The translations under genes were made by a program, and so were the position numbers. 64,000 bases of DNA, taken from NCBI RefSeq assembly GCF_018350175.1, contig NC_058368.1, positions 233,680,001 through 233,744,000 of the forward strand, written 5' to 3'. The notes beneath the pieces were generated by a model. It was not told where the DNA came from and made no database searches. It saw nothing but the letters and a program-made list of their open reading frames with translations. Source of the DNA: Felis catus. Lineage: Eukaryota. Below are positions 38,357-51,273 of this stretch, piece after piece (position 1 is the first letter of the stretch; each line of letters begins with the position of its first letter).

Positions 38357-38461
38357 GTAGGCAATGCCCTGCATTTCCTTCTCCAGGAGATTCTGGTGGT
38401 GCTCCAAATATCGAAGAATGACGATTTCCACTTACTGTCCTCTCACGTCATAGATGCTAAA
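38357..38461 (-). pseudogene. Exon remnant (phase 0-0): FSIYDVRGQ*VEIVILRYLEHHQNLLEKEMQGIAY
   Basis: Acceptor ggtcttctag, donor TAC|gtaagg. 105 nt with a single TAA at 38432-38434. Matches GREB1 PAQLLLEKFLQHHSHLF. Confidence 0.7.
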
Positions 38462-39109
38462 CTAGAAGACCGTCGTAGAAATCATTTTTTTTTTAATTAC
38501 TAGCAACCAAATAATGTTTCCAGTGGGAATTCAGACACAACACTGAAACATTCTTTAAGCCACCTTTGGACGGCATCACCAGCATTCATCACTTACATGA
38601 AGGCATGACAAACATCAGCTCCAAGATTTACCTAGCGAATCCCCACTCCAAGACGGAGAGGAAATTTCTGGAAAACCCAGGTGTAATTATCCCACACAGA
38701 GCTACACACAAAGGAATAATTCAGACTAAATTCCCAGCTCTTTCTAAAAACAAGATGTGATTAGCTTGGAAGCTACATCTTATCCTAAGACGTGCCAAAG
38801 GCAGCACATATGCAGAAACAGAATCATGGCTTCAAGGCGTCTTATAAGATAAATAAAAGCTACGGGAAGGCAAAATATTGCGCTGAGTTATTGCGCTACA
38901 ATGAATGTTAACCAAAAGGTTGCTATTTGATGTATCGCCACCCAGGGGCGGGGGCAATTCTTGGCTAACCCAGCCAGAGGACTACATTACCCACTTTCCT
39001 TTTAGGTACATCAGTCATTTGGCCAGTGAGAGGCAGGCAGAAGTATACGGTTTCTCCCAATATGTGTCCTTGTTTTGTTTTACTCCCCCAGGCTCATTAC
39101 GGTGAAACC

Positions 39110-40030
39110 GACATTAAATTTAAAACATTTAAAGTGCACACTGCGACTTGATGTCCGTATGCATTGCAAAAGAGTTCCCCTCACCTAGTGAATAAACAAA
39201 TCCATCACCTCACATATTTAACCTTTTTTTTTTTTGGATGAGAAAATTTAAGTTCTATTCTCTTAGTACATTTCAGTTATGCACTACAGTGTTCTCGATT
39301 ACAGTCCTCCTGTTTTACTCGAGACCCTCCGACCTTATTCATCTTAGAGCGCAAAGTTTGTAGCCTTTAACGGCTCTCTGTTTCCCCACCACCTCCCAGG
39401 CCCTGACAACTACTTTTCTACTCTGTTCCTAAGAATTTGACTTTCTTAAAGACTGCTTAGATTCAGACATAAGGGATACCACGCAGTATGGGTCCTTCTC
39501 TGACTTATCTCACTTAGCATAATGCCCTCAAGGTCCATCCGTGTCGCAAACGGCAGGATCTCCTCCTTTCTCAGTGGCTGATAATACTCCACGGTGTGCA
39601 ATATACGACTCCACACACATACGTTCTGTGTGCACACAATCACATCTTCATTCATTCAGCCACAGATGGGCACCTAGGCTGCTTCCACACCTCGGCTACT
39701 GTGATTAATGCTGTAATGAACATGGCAGTCAGATGGTTTTGAGATCCTGATGTCGTTTTCGTTTCCTCTGGATATATACCCAGAGGTAAAAGGATTGGAT
39801 CATCCAGTAGTAATATTTTTAACTTCTTCAGGGGCCTCCCTACTGTCTTCCACGGCGGCCGCACCGGTCTGCATTCCCACCAGCCGGGCACGACGGCCCT
39901 CTTTCCTGCACACCCAGGCCGGCACCTGCCAGCTCTTGTTTTTTTTTTGGTGAAGGCCATTCTAAGGGTGGGGGGGAGGGGATATCTCCTCGAGGCTCTG
40001 ACTCGCATCCCCATGATGATCAGTGACGTT
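39110..40030 (-). mobile_element. L1 3' UTR/ORF2-end fragment
   Basis: Minus-strand ORFs contain MDLEGIMLSEISQ and GWWECRPVRPPWKTV..LGIYPEE..MFITALITVAEVWKQPRCPS. Confidence 0.85.
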
Positions 40031-40362
40031 GAGCAGCTGTGGCTATCGAGTGGCAGCGTGGATGCTAAGCCTTCATCTCCAGCAAGACTCTCTGCAAAGC
40101 AGGAAGGGCACCTTCCTCCCAGCTGGGGGCACTGCAGTGGCCCAGGGTGGAGTGGCTGCCTGAGAATGTGCTGGCAATCAGGAGCCACGTCTCCATCGGC
40201 ATCAGTAAGGGCCCTTTCCAACCCTGGACTCCTAGGTGAGGGCTTGTCCGAGGTGTGACAGAAACAAACCCCCTCCTGTAGGAACCTGTAGGAACCTGCT
40301 GTTCAGGGTGGTTTCTCCTCCTCAAGGCAGTGGAACCGAATGTTCGCTGACAGAGGGGAGAC

Positions 40363-40494
40363 CTGGAGACAACTCATAAAATGCCTGTCGCCAGATGCCA
40401 GATCCATGTGGCATCCACCAGCATTGCTTCTGGCTGGGATCTCCTCTCCATCCCCCTTTTCAGGAAGAAGAGACGAGGGACACTGTAATAATTA
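40363..40494 (-). pseudogene. Exon remnant (phase 2 start): NYYSVPRLFFLKRGMERRSQPEAMLVDATWIWHLATG...
   Basis: Two in-phase AG acceptors (exon start 40494 or 40482), donor CAG|gtctcc. Matches GREB1 FNRFSVMKKQIVVGG..AVVPAQYI. Stop or frameshift near the 3' end. Seen in ORF 40374..40568. Confidence 0.55.
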
Positions 40495-41462
40495 CTACAT
40501 AATCGCATAAGAAATACACACTCGTGAATAGGATGCCATGTCCACAACAGCAACAACAACAAAAACAAAATTTAATCTGAGTGAGAGTAACACATTTAAT
40601 GTACAAAAGGAAAAAAAAAAATCAACCCCAAGTGAATCTATATGTAGATTCACTGTTGTCCTTCTCGACACCTTCATTTTGATGACGCGCTTAAGAAAAT
40701 GTTAATCGTTATTACTTAATTAATAGCAGGGTTGAAGGACACTGGTAAGTATAAACTTCTAGAGTGTAACTCAAAAGCCTTAATTTTGATAATGCTAAGT
40801 GTTCGTATTTTTAGGCTAAAAAGAACAAAACTCTTGTAGTTTTGTAGTTAACATGGTTTACATTTTATAGTAAAAGGACCAAGCAAATACTTCCAGCATT
40901 GTTAGCACTGTATATAAAGGGTTCTTTCTTACCAATTGTGCTGATTATAATTTTAGCCCTGCAGATAGAATGGAATTATACCATCATCTCTGCAAAGAAA
41001 CAATTTCCTCTTAAGTTGCTAAGGACAATGCACTGAAGTGACGGAAGCTGTTAATGTTATGTGCCATGTTTCAAATTCATTTTTAATTTACATTCCCAAG
41101 TAAATACAACAATATCTGTAGCCCATTCAATTTGGAGGGCAAATCAAGAACAGAGGCTAATCTCAACTAGGAAGTTGCCAAGACTATTCTTAGAGAAAAA
41201 TGTAGCCATTTCAGAATTACTGCTGCTAAAAAATACCACCTGCTTGGAGGCTAATTACACCAGAAAAAAAGAAAAAAATAAATAAATCGCCAGAAAAAAA
41301 AAATAAATTGCAAGCGTGTCTCCAACGAGCTGAGGGTTTAAAGTAAACAACTGGAGAGAGAAATGGCAGTAAAGCTTGGCATGAACGTTGTACATCTATG
41401 AGAACAAACATGAGCTTCACGGAACCCCGGATTCTTCCTGCTCTACTTGGAACAGTGTGAAC

Positions 41463-41857
41463 TGTGGTTCGGCAAACGTGGTCTCTGCTACAACTCCGCT
41501 GTGGGCAGAAGACGCTTCCGGCCCCACTGGTGTTGGACTTGGTCGCATGATCTGTTGTGGCCAATGGACATGATGGTGGCAGTGGCCTTAAGAGTGCTTG
41601 AGTATTTAGCTTGGTCCCCGTGCTCTGAGGATCTGCCATGAGAAAATGCCGAGTAGCTCCTGATCCGTGAAGATTCTAGATGTATGTGGAGCAGGTGTGA
41701 GCCCACCTGCACTGCAGCCTGGAGTCAGGCCGGCTGACGTAAGCCAAAACCCAGCCAACCCAAGGCCTGAGGGAAAAACATCATCTTCATGATTTAAGCC
41801 ACTGAGCTTGGGATAACGTGTGCTTCAGCATCATCGTGGCAATGGCTGACGGACACC
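41463..41857 (+). mobile_element. MaLR (MLT1-type) solo LTR
   Basis: tgtggt start, gacttggtcgcatgatctgttgtggccaatgg, and the 3' motif tttaagccactgag..gtggcaatggctgac. Confidence 0.65.
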
Positions 41858-42361
41858 TACTCAAAGCGATTTTGGCCAACCCCCGGCAGTCCTACTTTGG
41901 CCACACCCTCATCATCACGGCCCCGCCCTCAGTCTGCCCTAATTCGCTCAATCTGAACACCTCTTTCCAGGCTACGTCAAAACCAATCCCACCTAACTCT
42001 TTCCCAGATGACCTATTATTTGCTCTGCTTTGTGGACCAGCCAGGGTTAGGTGACCAGTCTTTGCCATAGTATCTAGACTTCTGTGACTGTTTTGTAATT
42101 ACCGGATAATAGAATGATCCACATAGTATCTCATCCAGCTCCCTCAGGGCACCGACTTTTTCTGACAGTTATTTTAGAGAGCAACAGCGGAGACAGAAAA
42201 GTCATTTAACATGTGCTAGCTGGAATCAACGGGAACCTGTAAGCGAGAGAGCTGACGTGCCAAGCAGGTTGGCAACACCACAGAACGGGTGGCTCCTTTT
42301 CCCTATACATGCACAGGAAAAGACCAGAACGGTGTGTCTCTAAAAATATAAAGTATGTCCT

Positions 42362-42585
42362 GGGGCGCCTCAGTGGCTCAGTCGGTTAAGCGTTCGACTT
42401 CGGCTCAGGTCACGATCTCGAGGTCCGTGAGTTCGAGCCCCGCGTCGGGCTCTGGACTGCCAGCTCAGAGCCTGGAGCCTGCTTCTGGTTCTGTGTCTCC
42501 CTCTCTCTCTGCCCCTCCCCCGTTCATGCTCTGTCTCTCTCTGTCTCAAAAATAAAAATAAACGTTAAAAATAAATAAATAAAAA
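42362..42585 (+). mobile_element. Can-SINE (feline type, young)
   Basis: TSD AAAAATATAAAGT[A/C]TGTCCT. Confidence 0.95.
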
Positions 42586-43329
42586 TATAAAGTCTGTCCT
42601 AAACACATCCGACCATAGTTTGTTGATCACTGCTTTAATTCCACAGTAGCAAATGATCTGAAAGTGCAAGTATATATTCCTTCCTCATTATATATTAATG
42701 TACAAGACAGTTTATTACCGCCATTAATAATGTAAAATATAACATGAACTATTCAAAACTAGTTCACTTATGATAAATAGGATAAAGGACCATATTACAT
42801 TTTGGTCCAAAGGCCATTAATCACCACACACTTCTGTTTTCCTGCCCTTTTCCTTAGCACAAACACTCTCAAAACGGAAACAGCACCAGAACAACAACTT
42901 TATGTTGTTAAACAACATATGTTGTTAAAAGTCTATCCGTGACTATCGCCATCGTCAGCCCGAGGGCATTATCGGCCACGTGTGAGGCCAGTGGGACTGT
43001 CAGAGCGTTCAGGCCGTCATCAGGCAAAGCCCATTCTAGAAATCACATAGGAAATGGGCTTGTTTCTGCTTCGCTTTTCAAAAATGTTCTCGCTTTTGCA
43101 AGCACGCTATTCTCGCTGATCACAGGGACGACCAGGGGACCATGAACGCCTCTGTTCTCCATAATCCACTGTGTCCTACTTGGCAGCTTCAGAGAACAAG
43201 CAGAAGGCTTTGATGCGAATGGACGACAGGGAGGAGGGGCAGAATTCCTTAGCCAACGTGTCTTCTGGCTGGATCCGGAGCCCTGGGGATGCACGGGGCA
43301 GGGTGGGGTATCTGTATGTTGTTATTCCC

Positions 43330-43738
43330 TCCCTGCCTCCTCTCCTTTTGGGTGTGACCTCGCATCTTCTTCCGTCAAGAGGCGAGGCCTCTTCCTCCAG
43401 CCCTTGAAGCACGGCTGGCCTTGGGTCTGGGTGGTCAAGAACAAAGGGTAGAAGGGGTGTTGAGCTGACTCTGAGGTCACACTCCTGCCCTTTCTCGAGG
43501 ACCTCTGTGAACGAGCCCACAGCAGCTGGCCGGAGAAAGGAAGACGGTGAAGAGGACAGGTGAGACACCACGGTGGAGGGCATCCCAAACCACCCAGGCC
43601 CCAGCCGACGAGCAGCCAACCACAGACACATCAGGGAGCCCAGCCGAGACCAGAAGAACGACCCCGTTGAGACCGCAGGGCTGTTTTAGGCCACTGAATT
43701 CTGGGGTGGCCTGTCACATGACCAAAGCTAACCGATAT
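43330..43738 (+). mobile_element. MaLR (MLT1-type) LTR remnant
   Basis: 3' motif ctgttttaggccactgaattctggggtggcctgtcac..aaagctaaccgata. Confidence 0.55.
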
Positions 43739-43856
43739 GCCCGCTCTTCCTCCAAATCCTCAAGTACTACCTACTTCCTAACATTAGGAAGCCTCGATGC
43801 AGGAGAGGAGCGAAGTTCATTTCAAGCAGGAATGTTCCGTGGAAAAGATTCCACAT

Positions 43857-44040
43857 CTGTGGTTCTCCAGCTGTAGGGGGAGAAGCGCCTGGAGAGCCTG
43901 TGAAGCACAGGTTGCTGGGGCTCCCCGTGGAGCTCCCGGTTCAGTTGTTCTGGGAGGGGGGGGTGGAGACTCTGCACTGTCCAAGTCCCCGGGTTTTGCT
44001 AATGTTTCCGGTGTGGGCACCGCACGACGAGATCACCGTT
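43857..44040. mobile_element. MER5A-like hAT-Charlie MITE
   Basis: ctgtggttctcca start, ttgctgggg..ttcagttgttctggg..tctgcact core, gagatcaccg end. Confidence 0.55.
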
Positions 44041-44118
44041 CCACACGACCAAGTACGCTGCAAATAAGAGGTTCCCCCTCACAACACTCATATTACTAAA
44101 TTAAAAGAATAAACACAC

Positions 44119-44326
44119 GGGGCACCTGGGTGGCTCGGTCGGTTGAGTATCCGACTCCGGCTCAGGTCACGATCCCACAGCGTGTGAGTTCGAGCCCCGC
44201 GTCGGGCTCTGTGCTGACAGCTCAGAACTGGAGCCTGTTTCAGATTCTGGGTCTCCCTCGCTTTCTGCTCCTCCCCCAGTGGCACTCTGTCTCTCTCTCT
44301 CTCAAAATAAATAACCGTTAAAAAAA
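44119..44326 (+). mobile_element. Can-SINE (feline type)
   Basis: Head, insert, tail. Confidence 0.92.
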
Positions 44327-44554
44327 TTTTTTTTAAACCCTCCTAATTATGGACTCTTAATTTAAAAAATTAAAAAAAATAAAAGAACAAACACATCTCT
44401 TTTAGAAATCCAATTAGACTATGGAGTCCCATCAGATTTCAACATAAACAGAAAGGGAATTATATTTATTATTTAGACATGCTGGGCAAAATGAAGATTA
44501 GAAGAGAAAACAACAGATTCTTCCACCCAGGACCACGGACATTTCATCAATTAC

Positions 44555-44627
44555 CTACGATGCAACAACTTATGGTTGTATTGAAAGCTAAGGCTTTTTT
44601 CCTACAGTGTGAGAATACAAGTCACAT
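44555..44627 (-). pseudogene. Exon remnant with +1 frameshift: CDLYSHTVGK/SLSFQYNHKLLHR
   Basis: Acceptor ctgctgtaattttag, donor TAG|gtaatt. 73 nt. Removing one A from the A6 run gives a stop-free phase 2-2 exon. Confidence 0.6.
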
Positions 44628-44805
44628 CTAAAATTACAGCAGGAATAAACAGTGTTTCCGTATATATTAATGTTTAAATGTTGAAAGTCACAGCAAGCAG
44701 ACTATTTCTTCGAGCCTGATTACAATAATATTTCAGATATTATTCATGTTGCCAATGCCATCCATGGTTTATGGAGTGTATGCACTTTCATTTTGAAGGT
44801 CTTAC

Positions 44806-44913
44806 TTCAGTAAGTTAAATATATTTGCATTCTCTGAAGCTCTGAGTTTTACGGGCAAAAATGCCTGACTTTCTCCAGGCACATTAAACCATTTCCACAC
44901 AGTCTCTTTCAAT
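44806..44913 (-). pseudogene. Exon remnant (phase 2-2): LKETVWKWFNVPGESQAFLPVKLRASENANIFNLL
   Basis: Acceptor ctcttacatgcatag, donor GAA|gtaaga. 108 nt, open. Matches GREB1 LRKWSSKTRASEVQEPFSRCHVHNFIILN. Confidence 0.7.
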
Positions 44914-45254
44914 CTATGCATGTAAGAGATCATTAGCATACAGTGAATCCCTAAAGACATACAACTCTTCAAGGGAAATTAATTTCATTCAAATCGGTAC
45001 CAGAATTTATAACTTCGAAAAGTGACTTGCTTAAAAAAATAAACATTTTTGAATTGTTTTACTTTTAACCCAATGATTAATACTCCAACTAAGGCCAGTC
45101 TGAATTTCATTATTTTATACACCGTAAATAGAGTATGTTCAAAGCAAAGGCCATGTGACTGCAAGGGGGTACCGCCCCTTCCACAGAAACTATAAACTAT
45201 TTTATTTCAAGCCCTCATTTGTTGAGGATGGGAGTAGCACACAGAAGTATTATT

Positions 45255-45640
45255 TACCTTAAATTTTACTTCTACTAAAATTTTCTTAATCATTTATGTA
45301 ACTTAAATATTAAATATAATATGTATATACTATTATTGCAATACAATTATGTAACAGTATATAATTATAATATAAACATACTGTATAATTGTATGTATTC
45401 ACGTTCTATATAACACAAACATTATATAATACAGTATCCAAGATAGATGCTTTTTATGTATTAATTTATAAAACATGCTTTATGGTAGTTATATAAAGCA
45501 AGTTTTACAAGTTAACTATATATTATATATACTTTATAAAACATGCTCGATACTACATAGAACATTATATGTAATATTTTTTAGCTTTTTTTTTATTAGC
45601 TTTTCAATTCTCTTTATTAAGAATCTTTTTTTTTCCTTTT
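45255..45640. repeat. AT-rich low-complexity tract
   Basis: Seen directly. Confidence 0.7.
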
Positions 45641-45752
45641 GTAAAAGCAAGCACTTGTGGTCAGTTATACAGATGAGGAAAAGCGATGACGATTTATAAG
45701 GCACTCAACAAATTCCAATACTTTACAAGTCAAACTTAAATTACCTAGTGTT

Positions 45753-45950
45753 GGGGTGCCTGGGTGGCTCTGTCAGTTAAGCGTCCGACTTCGTCTCAGG
45801 TCACGATCTCACGGTCCATGCGTCAGGCTTTGTGCTGACAGCTTAGCGCCTGGAGCCTGCTTCAGATTCTGGGTCTCCCTCTCTCTGCCCCTCCCCCCAC
45901 TCTCACTCTGTCTCTGTCTCTCTCAAAAATAAATAAAGATTAAAGAAAAA
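45753..45950 (+). mobile_element. Can-SINE (feline type)
   Basis: TSD TTAAATTACCTAGTGTT. Confidence 0.93.
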
Positions 45951-46105
45951 TCTTTAAATTACCTAGTGTTTTTCTTTTCTCTCATAAGCTTGAAAAACAA
46001 ACTTGGGTCCATTTCAAGTACAATCTAACACATCAGAGCCTTAGACTGCCCAGGAAAGGGAAACTTTGATACTAATGGCTGTGTTCACGCCAACATCAAA
46101 TCTAC

Positions 46106-46188
46106 CAAATTCTTTTGGAGTAGTGTCTGGATATATTTTCTTTTGGGTGTTTATGATGAAAAGGAAATTGCATGGGCTTTTTGTTATC
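46106..46188 (-). pseudogene. Exon remnant (phase 2 start): ITKSPCNFLFIINTQKKIYPDTTPKEF(G)
   Basis: Acceptor ccctgggttag. Donor either G|gtagat (46106) or GGC|gtgaac (46089), neither in phase with the main acceptor of the next exon. Resembles GREB1 NVSLKHIMQHIEAAPDIMHYALLG. Confidence 0.5.
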
Positions 46189-47033
46189 CTAACCCAGGGC
46201 ACAAATGAATCTATTGCTCAAGGTAAGCGGGTACTCTTAAACAAGCATTTTGGGGAGACACTTTAAAATGGTTGACAAACACTAAAGTAAAGCTTTAAAG
46301 ATGAATCAGTATTTTCCTGGCGGCCTTTAATGTTGCATTATGTAGGACACACGTGGAAATAAAAAGTGTAAATCACGGAGTGCACGAAGGACCATGCAAC
46401 TGGAAGTGAATAGAAATAAACAGAAATGAATATACGTACACACCCAAACACAGAATCCTAGATGAGTTTTAAACTGAAGGGTCCAACTGAATACAGACAG
46501 CCCCTCCTCTCTCCCTCACAGGAGCTCCCTCCAGCTTCCAATATGGAGGTCCATCCACCAGCAAGGGGGCCACTGTATCAATGCCGCTCCTGATCTCCAT
46601 AACGCAATGACTCACAAAATGTATCACATAGATTTGTGATTACGTTTTTAAATTAAATAGGAATTTATATCATCTTCATCCCACGTAACGAGTGGTATCC
46701 TCACATTTAGTGGAGGCTTCTCGCTCACATGTGCACAGTGCAAGGACCTCCCCATCTGCTGTGTGGAACAGCATACAATCATGAACTTCTCGGATGGACT
46801 TCTGGATCCCAGTCTCTCTCACACATGGCGGGACAGGTGGAGACCCTCTTCGCTAACAGTACAACCGAACGTCAGCAGAGATAACAGTGTAAGCACGTCT
46901 GCAGTCACTAATTTTATTCATCTGTCTTAACCTCAAATGAATACTCATGACGTTATCCATCGCACAAACAAGAGCCTAGGAAAGATGGCAAGTATGGTTA
47001 AAGTCCTTGTGGTTTAAAAAAAAAAAAAAAAGA

Positions 47034-47229
47034 GGGGCGCCTGGGTGGCTCAGTCAGTTAAGCGTCTGACTTCGGCTCAGGTCATGATCTCATGGTTTGT
47101 GGGTTCGAGCCCCATGCAGGGCTCTCTGCTGTCAGCACAGAGCCCGCTTCAGATCCTCTGCCCCCCCCCCCCTGTCTGCCTCTCCCCTGTCCTCTCTCTA
47201 AATTTTTAAAAATTAAAAAAAAAAAAAAA
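47034..47229 (+). mobile_element. Can-SINE
   Basis: Head and poly-A. Confidence 0.9.
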
Positions 47230-49215
47230 TGATCCCTATCTCCCAAGTGGGGAATAACATGTTAAATCTTCTCAGCAAAGCTGTTTGGAAGTATAGTCTA
47301 GAACCTTACAAATACTCTTTTGGACCAGCACTTTCACATTTTGCAATCTATCCCAAGAAACGACTATAAAAAGCACAGGAACAGCTCTCTGCATAAGGAC
47401 CAGGGGCAGTTATCACAGTATGATCATAATAGTGAGAAAATTTCAAGTAGCCCAAACATCTAACAAGAGGTAAACCGCGCAGGAATTTAAATTAATGCCG
47501 ATGAACAATTTTAAGTATGTGTGGAAAAGGCAGGTTACCAAACCAAGGGCAGAATATGAGCTCAAGAACAGGTCAGTGCGGAGGAAAACGTCCAGCAGAA
47601 ACTTCTGACACAGGCACGGGGGCAGCTCCTCAAGGTGGATTTAGCCGTGAATTTCATTTTTTTCATCGCATGGGAATGCACTTTTATTCCATCACAACTT
47701 CGGTAATGCGGCGCTATTTTTCCGCACAGCACGACTCAACACCTGTCTGACAGGAGCCTTCTGCCAGATCCTGCGAACAGACACCTGAGCCACGTATGCA
47801 AGTGATGGATGGAAACTTACAGGAACCAGGCAGCAAAGTAGGAACCAGCGGCAAATTTATCCCACAGACTTTGAAATATGTGCAAACTGTTTTCTAACAG
47901 GAATTGAAAACTAAATACTCTGCCTCCAGTGGCTCCTTCCAAAGTGGAAAGTCAATTGCCTCCCTGTTCCTAGAGTCAGTTATCACGTATCTCGCCAGGG
48001 GGCTAAGGATTTTCCATTTTGTTTTTATTTATTGTGTTGCTTGCTCGTGTTCAGCAGCACAGCCTGGGCGGACCCAGCACCTGTTTGCTGCTCCTGTTTT
48101 CGGTGGGGCTTCTAATACCACACTGCTGGAGTCCTGCTCGTTCTAAGTGCTCGTGCTAAGAAGAAAGAGGGCTTTGTTTCTCAGCCTGTCTTGTGGGGCA
48201 ACATTTTAAAATGAAAGAGAGTTTGGATGTTTGTGGAACGAAAGCGTGCGTTAAGCGGACCTGTTCGGGGAGTTTCTGAAGCTGAGAAGACGACAATCAA
48301 TAATGAATGAATCTGCTCAACGCCGAGACCTGAGGCAGGTCAAGGCCCTGGAGAAAACTAAAGCACACATGGGGGAGAAGAAGTCCAGCCCGGGAGACGC
48401 CAGGTGTGCTAGTAACCCTGAACCAGGAGGGAGAACGGACATCGCCGCCGGATTGGGGCCCGTGTGGGGCCCCCCCCAATCTTCCCTTTATTCTCATGAT
48501 ACTGCCTTTGAGGCAGGGAGGACTCGATTTTTAAATCCCCGTGGAGACTGAGCCCTGCAGCCGTGGGCAACAGTGACCAGAGGCCCTGGCCCCATCTCAG
48601 CACCTAGAGGTCTTGGATGTTCCAGATATTCCCGATGTATCCAGAACCAAAGTTCCAGATATTCCCAGGCAGGACAGAGGACGTGTGCAAGAGAGGATCC
48701 GTGTGAGCAGCGGGGCTTCAGGAGGGTACCTCTGCCCCCAGCAGGGCTGACAGGCCGCTTCGGGGCTCACCTCTGATCTCCACATCTGTGGGGGCTCAGG
48801 AAAGCCCTCAGCCTCCCACCTCCCTTCTGTGGGAGCCCCAGGCCCTCCAGAAACACTTCGGAAGCCGCAGGCATTCTGCGCCTGGCACCTGCTCCCTTCC
48901 CAGGCCCTCCAGCTCTGTCCCGGGCCCTCTAGGGCGCTTTGCTCTTTATTCAGCCCACAGCCACCCCTTGTAGTCAACCGGAAGTGCAGGGCATTTGGCT
49001 CCAGCTCTAGTTCCGTAAGAGCACCTTAAACCTTGGCCACGGGGAGCCTTTTCTCTGTGGGCTCCGCACTCCCTGCGCCTCCTCCGGTGGGCACGCCGGC
49101 CCCCGCTCTGCAGGGTGGTGAGCCCCCCTACTTCTCTCCGCTGCAGGTCTGCTGGAGTCGAAATTTCTACCAGCAGAAGAAAAGGCAAACAAAGGACGCC
49201 ATAAAGTAAACACCA

Positions 49216-49415
49216 GGGGCGCTTGCCTGGCTCAGGTTAAGCGTCTGACTCTTCGTTTCGGCTCAGGGCATGATCCCAGGGTTCATGAGTTCGAGCCCCG
49301 CATCTGGCGCTGTGCTGACAGCATGGAGCCTGCTTGGGATTCTCTCTCTCTCCTTCTGCCCCTCCAACGTGCACTCTCTCTCTCTCTCAAAATAAATAAA
49401 GTTAAGATAAATAAA
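49216..49415 (+). mobile_element. Can-SINE
   Basis: Head and tail. Confidence 0.9.
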
Positions 49416-49939
49416 GGTAACAAGGCAAAATAAAATCAATTGAGGGCTTAGAGAAACCATCCCCCTCCCCCAAAAATAAAAAGATAAAGAAGAGAGAGAG
49501 AGAGAGAAGGAAAGAAAAGGCAAACAGACTACCTGGGGAAGACTGTGTGTACGTGCAGCACACACATAAGTGCCTGGGTTCACGTGTGCGCGTCTATTTG
49601 GCGGAACTGAGACCCAAACTATTGAACACAATAATGCAGGTGGCACTAACCTATTATAGGCTATTTCGTGCTAGAAACCGATATATAAAGGCTCCATTCT
49701 ATATAAAAGAAACTCATAAAATATCCCAGAGAGATTAAAAATAAAAGGCTATGAAAAGGTATGCCTGGAAAAAGCAGTACATTTAATCTGGGGTACAATT
49801 TCAGTGCCAGACGTGGTGGAATTTGGGACAAAAGTTATTTAAAAGCAGACAAACGCTGCAGTGTATAATGCCAGAGACTACGATGAGCAATCAAAATCCT
49901 AAAATACAAGTGATTACATTAAAAGATCTAGAGAATCCA

Positions 49940-50137
49940 GGGCGCCTAAGTGGCTCAGTCAGTTAAGCATCCGACTCTTGATTTCGGCTCAGGTCATGCT
50001 CTCTCAGTACCTGAGTTCAAGCCCCGTGTCGGGCTCTCTGCTGAGAGCGCAGAACCTGCTTAGGATTCTCTGTCTCCCTCTCCCTGCCCCTCCCCCAGGC
50101 TCTCTCTCAAAATAAATATATAAACTGAAAAAAAAAA
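49940..50137 (+). mobile_element. Can-SINE
   Basis: TSD-like aaaagat..agaatcc. Confidence 0.9.
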
Positions 50138-51273
50138 GATGTATAGAATCCGTTTCTTAAGATGTCAAAAAGGCACTTAACACAAGTCAACAATGAGTTG
50201 GTTTTTTTTTATAAAAACATGGAGCAAAAAAAAGGAATGGATAGATACTTACTTAACCTTAAATGTAATTATGTAAATAAAAGTCTTAGTCCAAATGCTG
50301 GGATCTCACTCAGTGAGGAAACTCTGGAGACATTCCTACTTTAGTAAGAAATGTGGCCCAGGTGCAAATTGTTACAGCCACTATGAAATACGGTCAGAAA
50401 TGGGTTAGACAACAGGACGAGAAAGCAATTAGAGGCATAAAAATGGGGGGGGGGGGAATACCTAAAGCGATCTTTATGTACAGACAAAATCAGTATTAAT
50501 GCTGGTATTTTAAAGCTCTGTATTATATACAAATACATGTATGTGTCTGTACAAGTAAACAATTATTTGAGGTCATTCAAGAAGTTCAGCCATTTGAAAG
50601 CAAGTAGCAACAAGGCCCAGTGATTTCACCCCCCTGCCTTGTCTCCCACCCACCAGTCCACGAAACCGCTCTCGGTGACGTCGCTGGAAGCCTCCCCTCC
50701 ACACCCCAGAAGCTCTTGCAAGAAGTCAAGGTGTGTGTAGGCCTTAGCCACTTGATCTTTGTCCAGGACATCTGAACCCCCTCTCCCAACAGAACTGTGC
50801 CTCCAGAAACATCCTGCCCTCCACACCCTCACCCAGACCCTGGCTGGGCTCACAGCCTCCAAAAGCAGAGAGCCCTGCCCAGGTCCCGAGGCTCCATCCC
50901 CAGCAGGCAGCCCCGGGAGGGGTCCCTGCGATCTAGCCCCTCATCTGTCATGTGGTGGCAGCACCATCTGCACATGGAAGGGCTGTGATAATTCCAGGGG
51001 GCTCTACGCCCAGCCCTGAACGGGCTCGCCTCTCCTTCCCAGGCTTCTGGGACAAAAAACTTCTGGCTTTCCGGCTCATCTGGCAGATTTTAGTTATTAT
51101 GTGTTGATTTTTTTCCCTCTTAAATTCTGTTTTGTTTTTGCTTTGACACTTGGAAACACATCTCTAACTTCCTAGATTCTTTCTATCTCGGTTTAAGAAA
51201 TTTCTCTCAGGGAAGCGCCGCTCGTCGTGGATGGAGCTGAGGCTACACGTTGTGACGACACGTCCCCTTTCAC

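Noticed and set aside
31561..38461. Resemblance to DDX60/Ski2 helicases (NNKRLF, GIAY, RKGY)
   Set aside because: Motif order and frames are inconsistent, and the GREB1 alignment explains the same exons colinearly and in phase.
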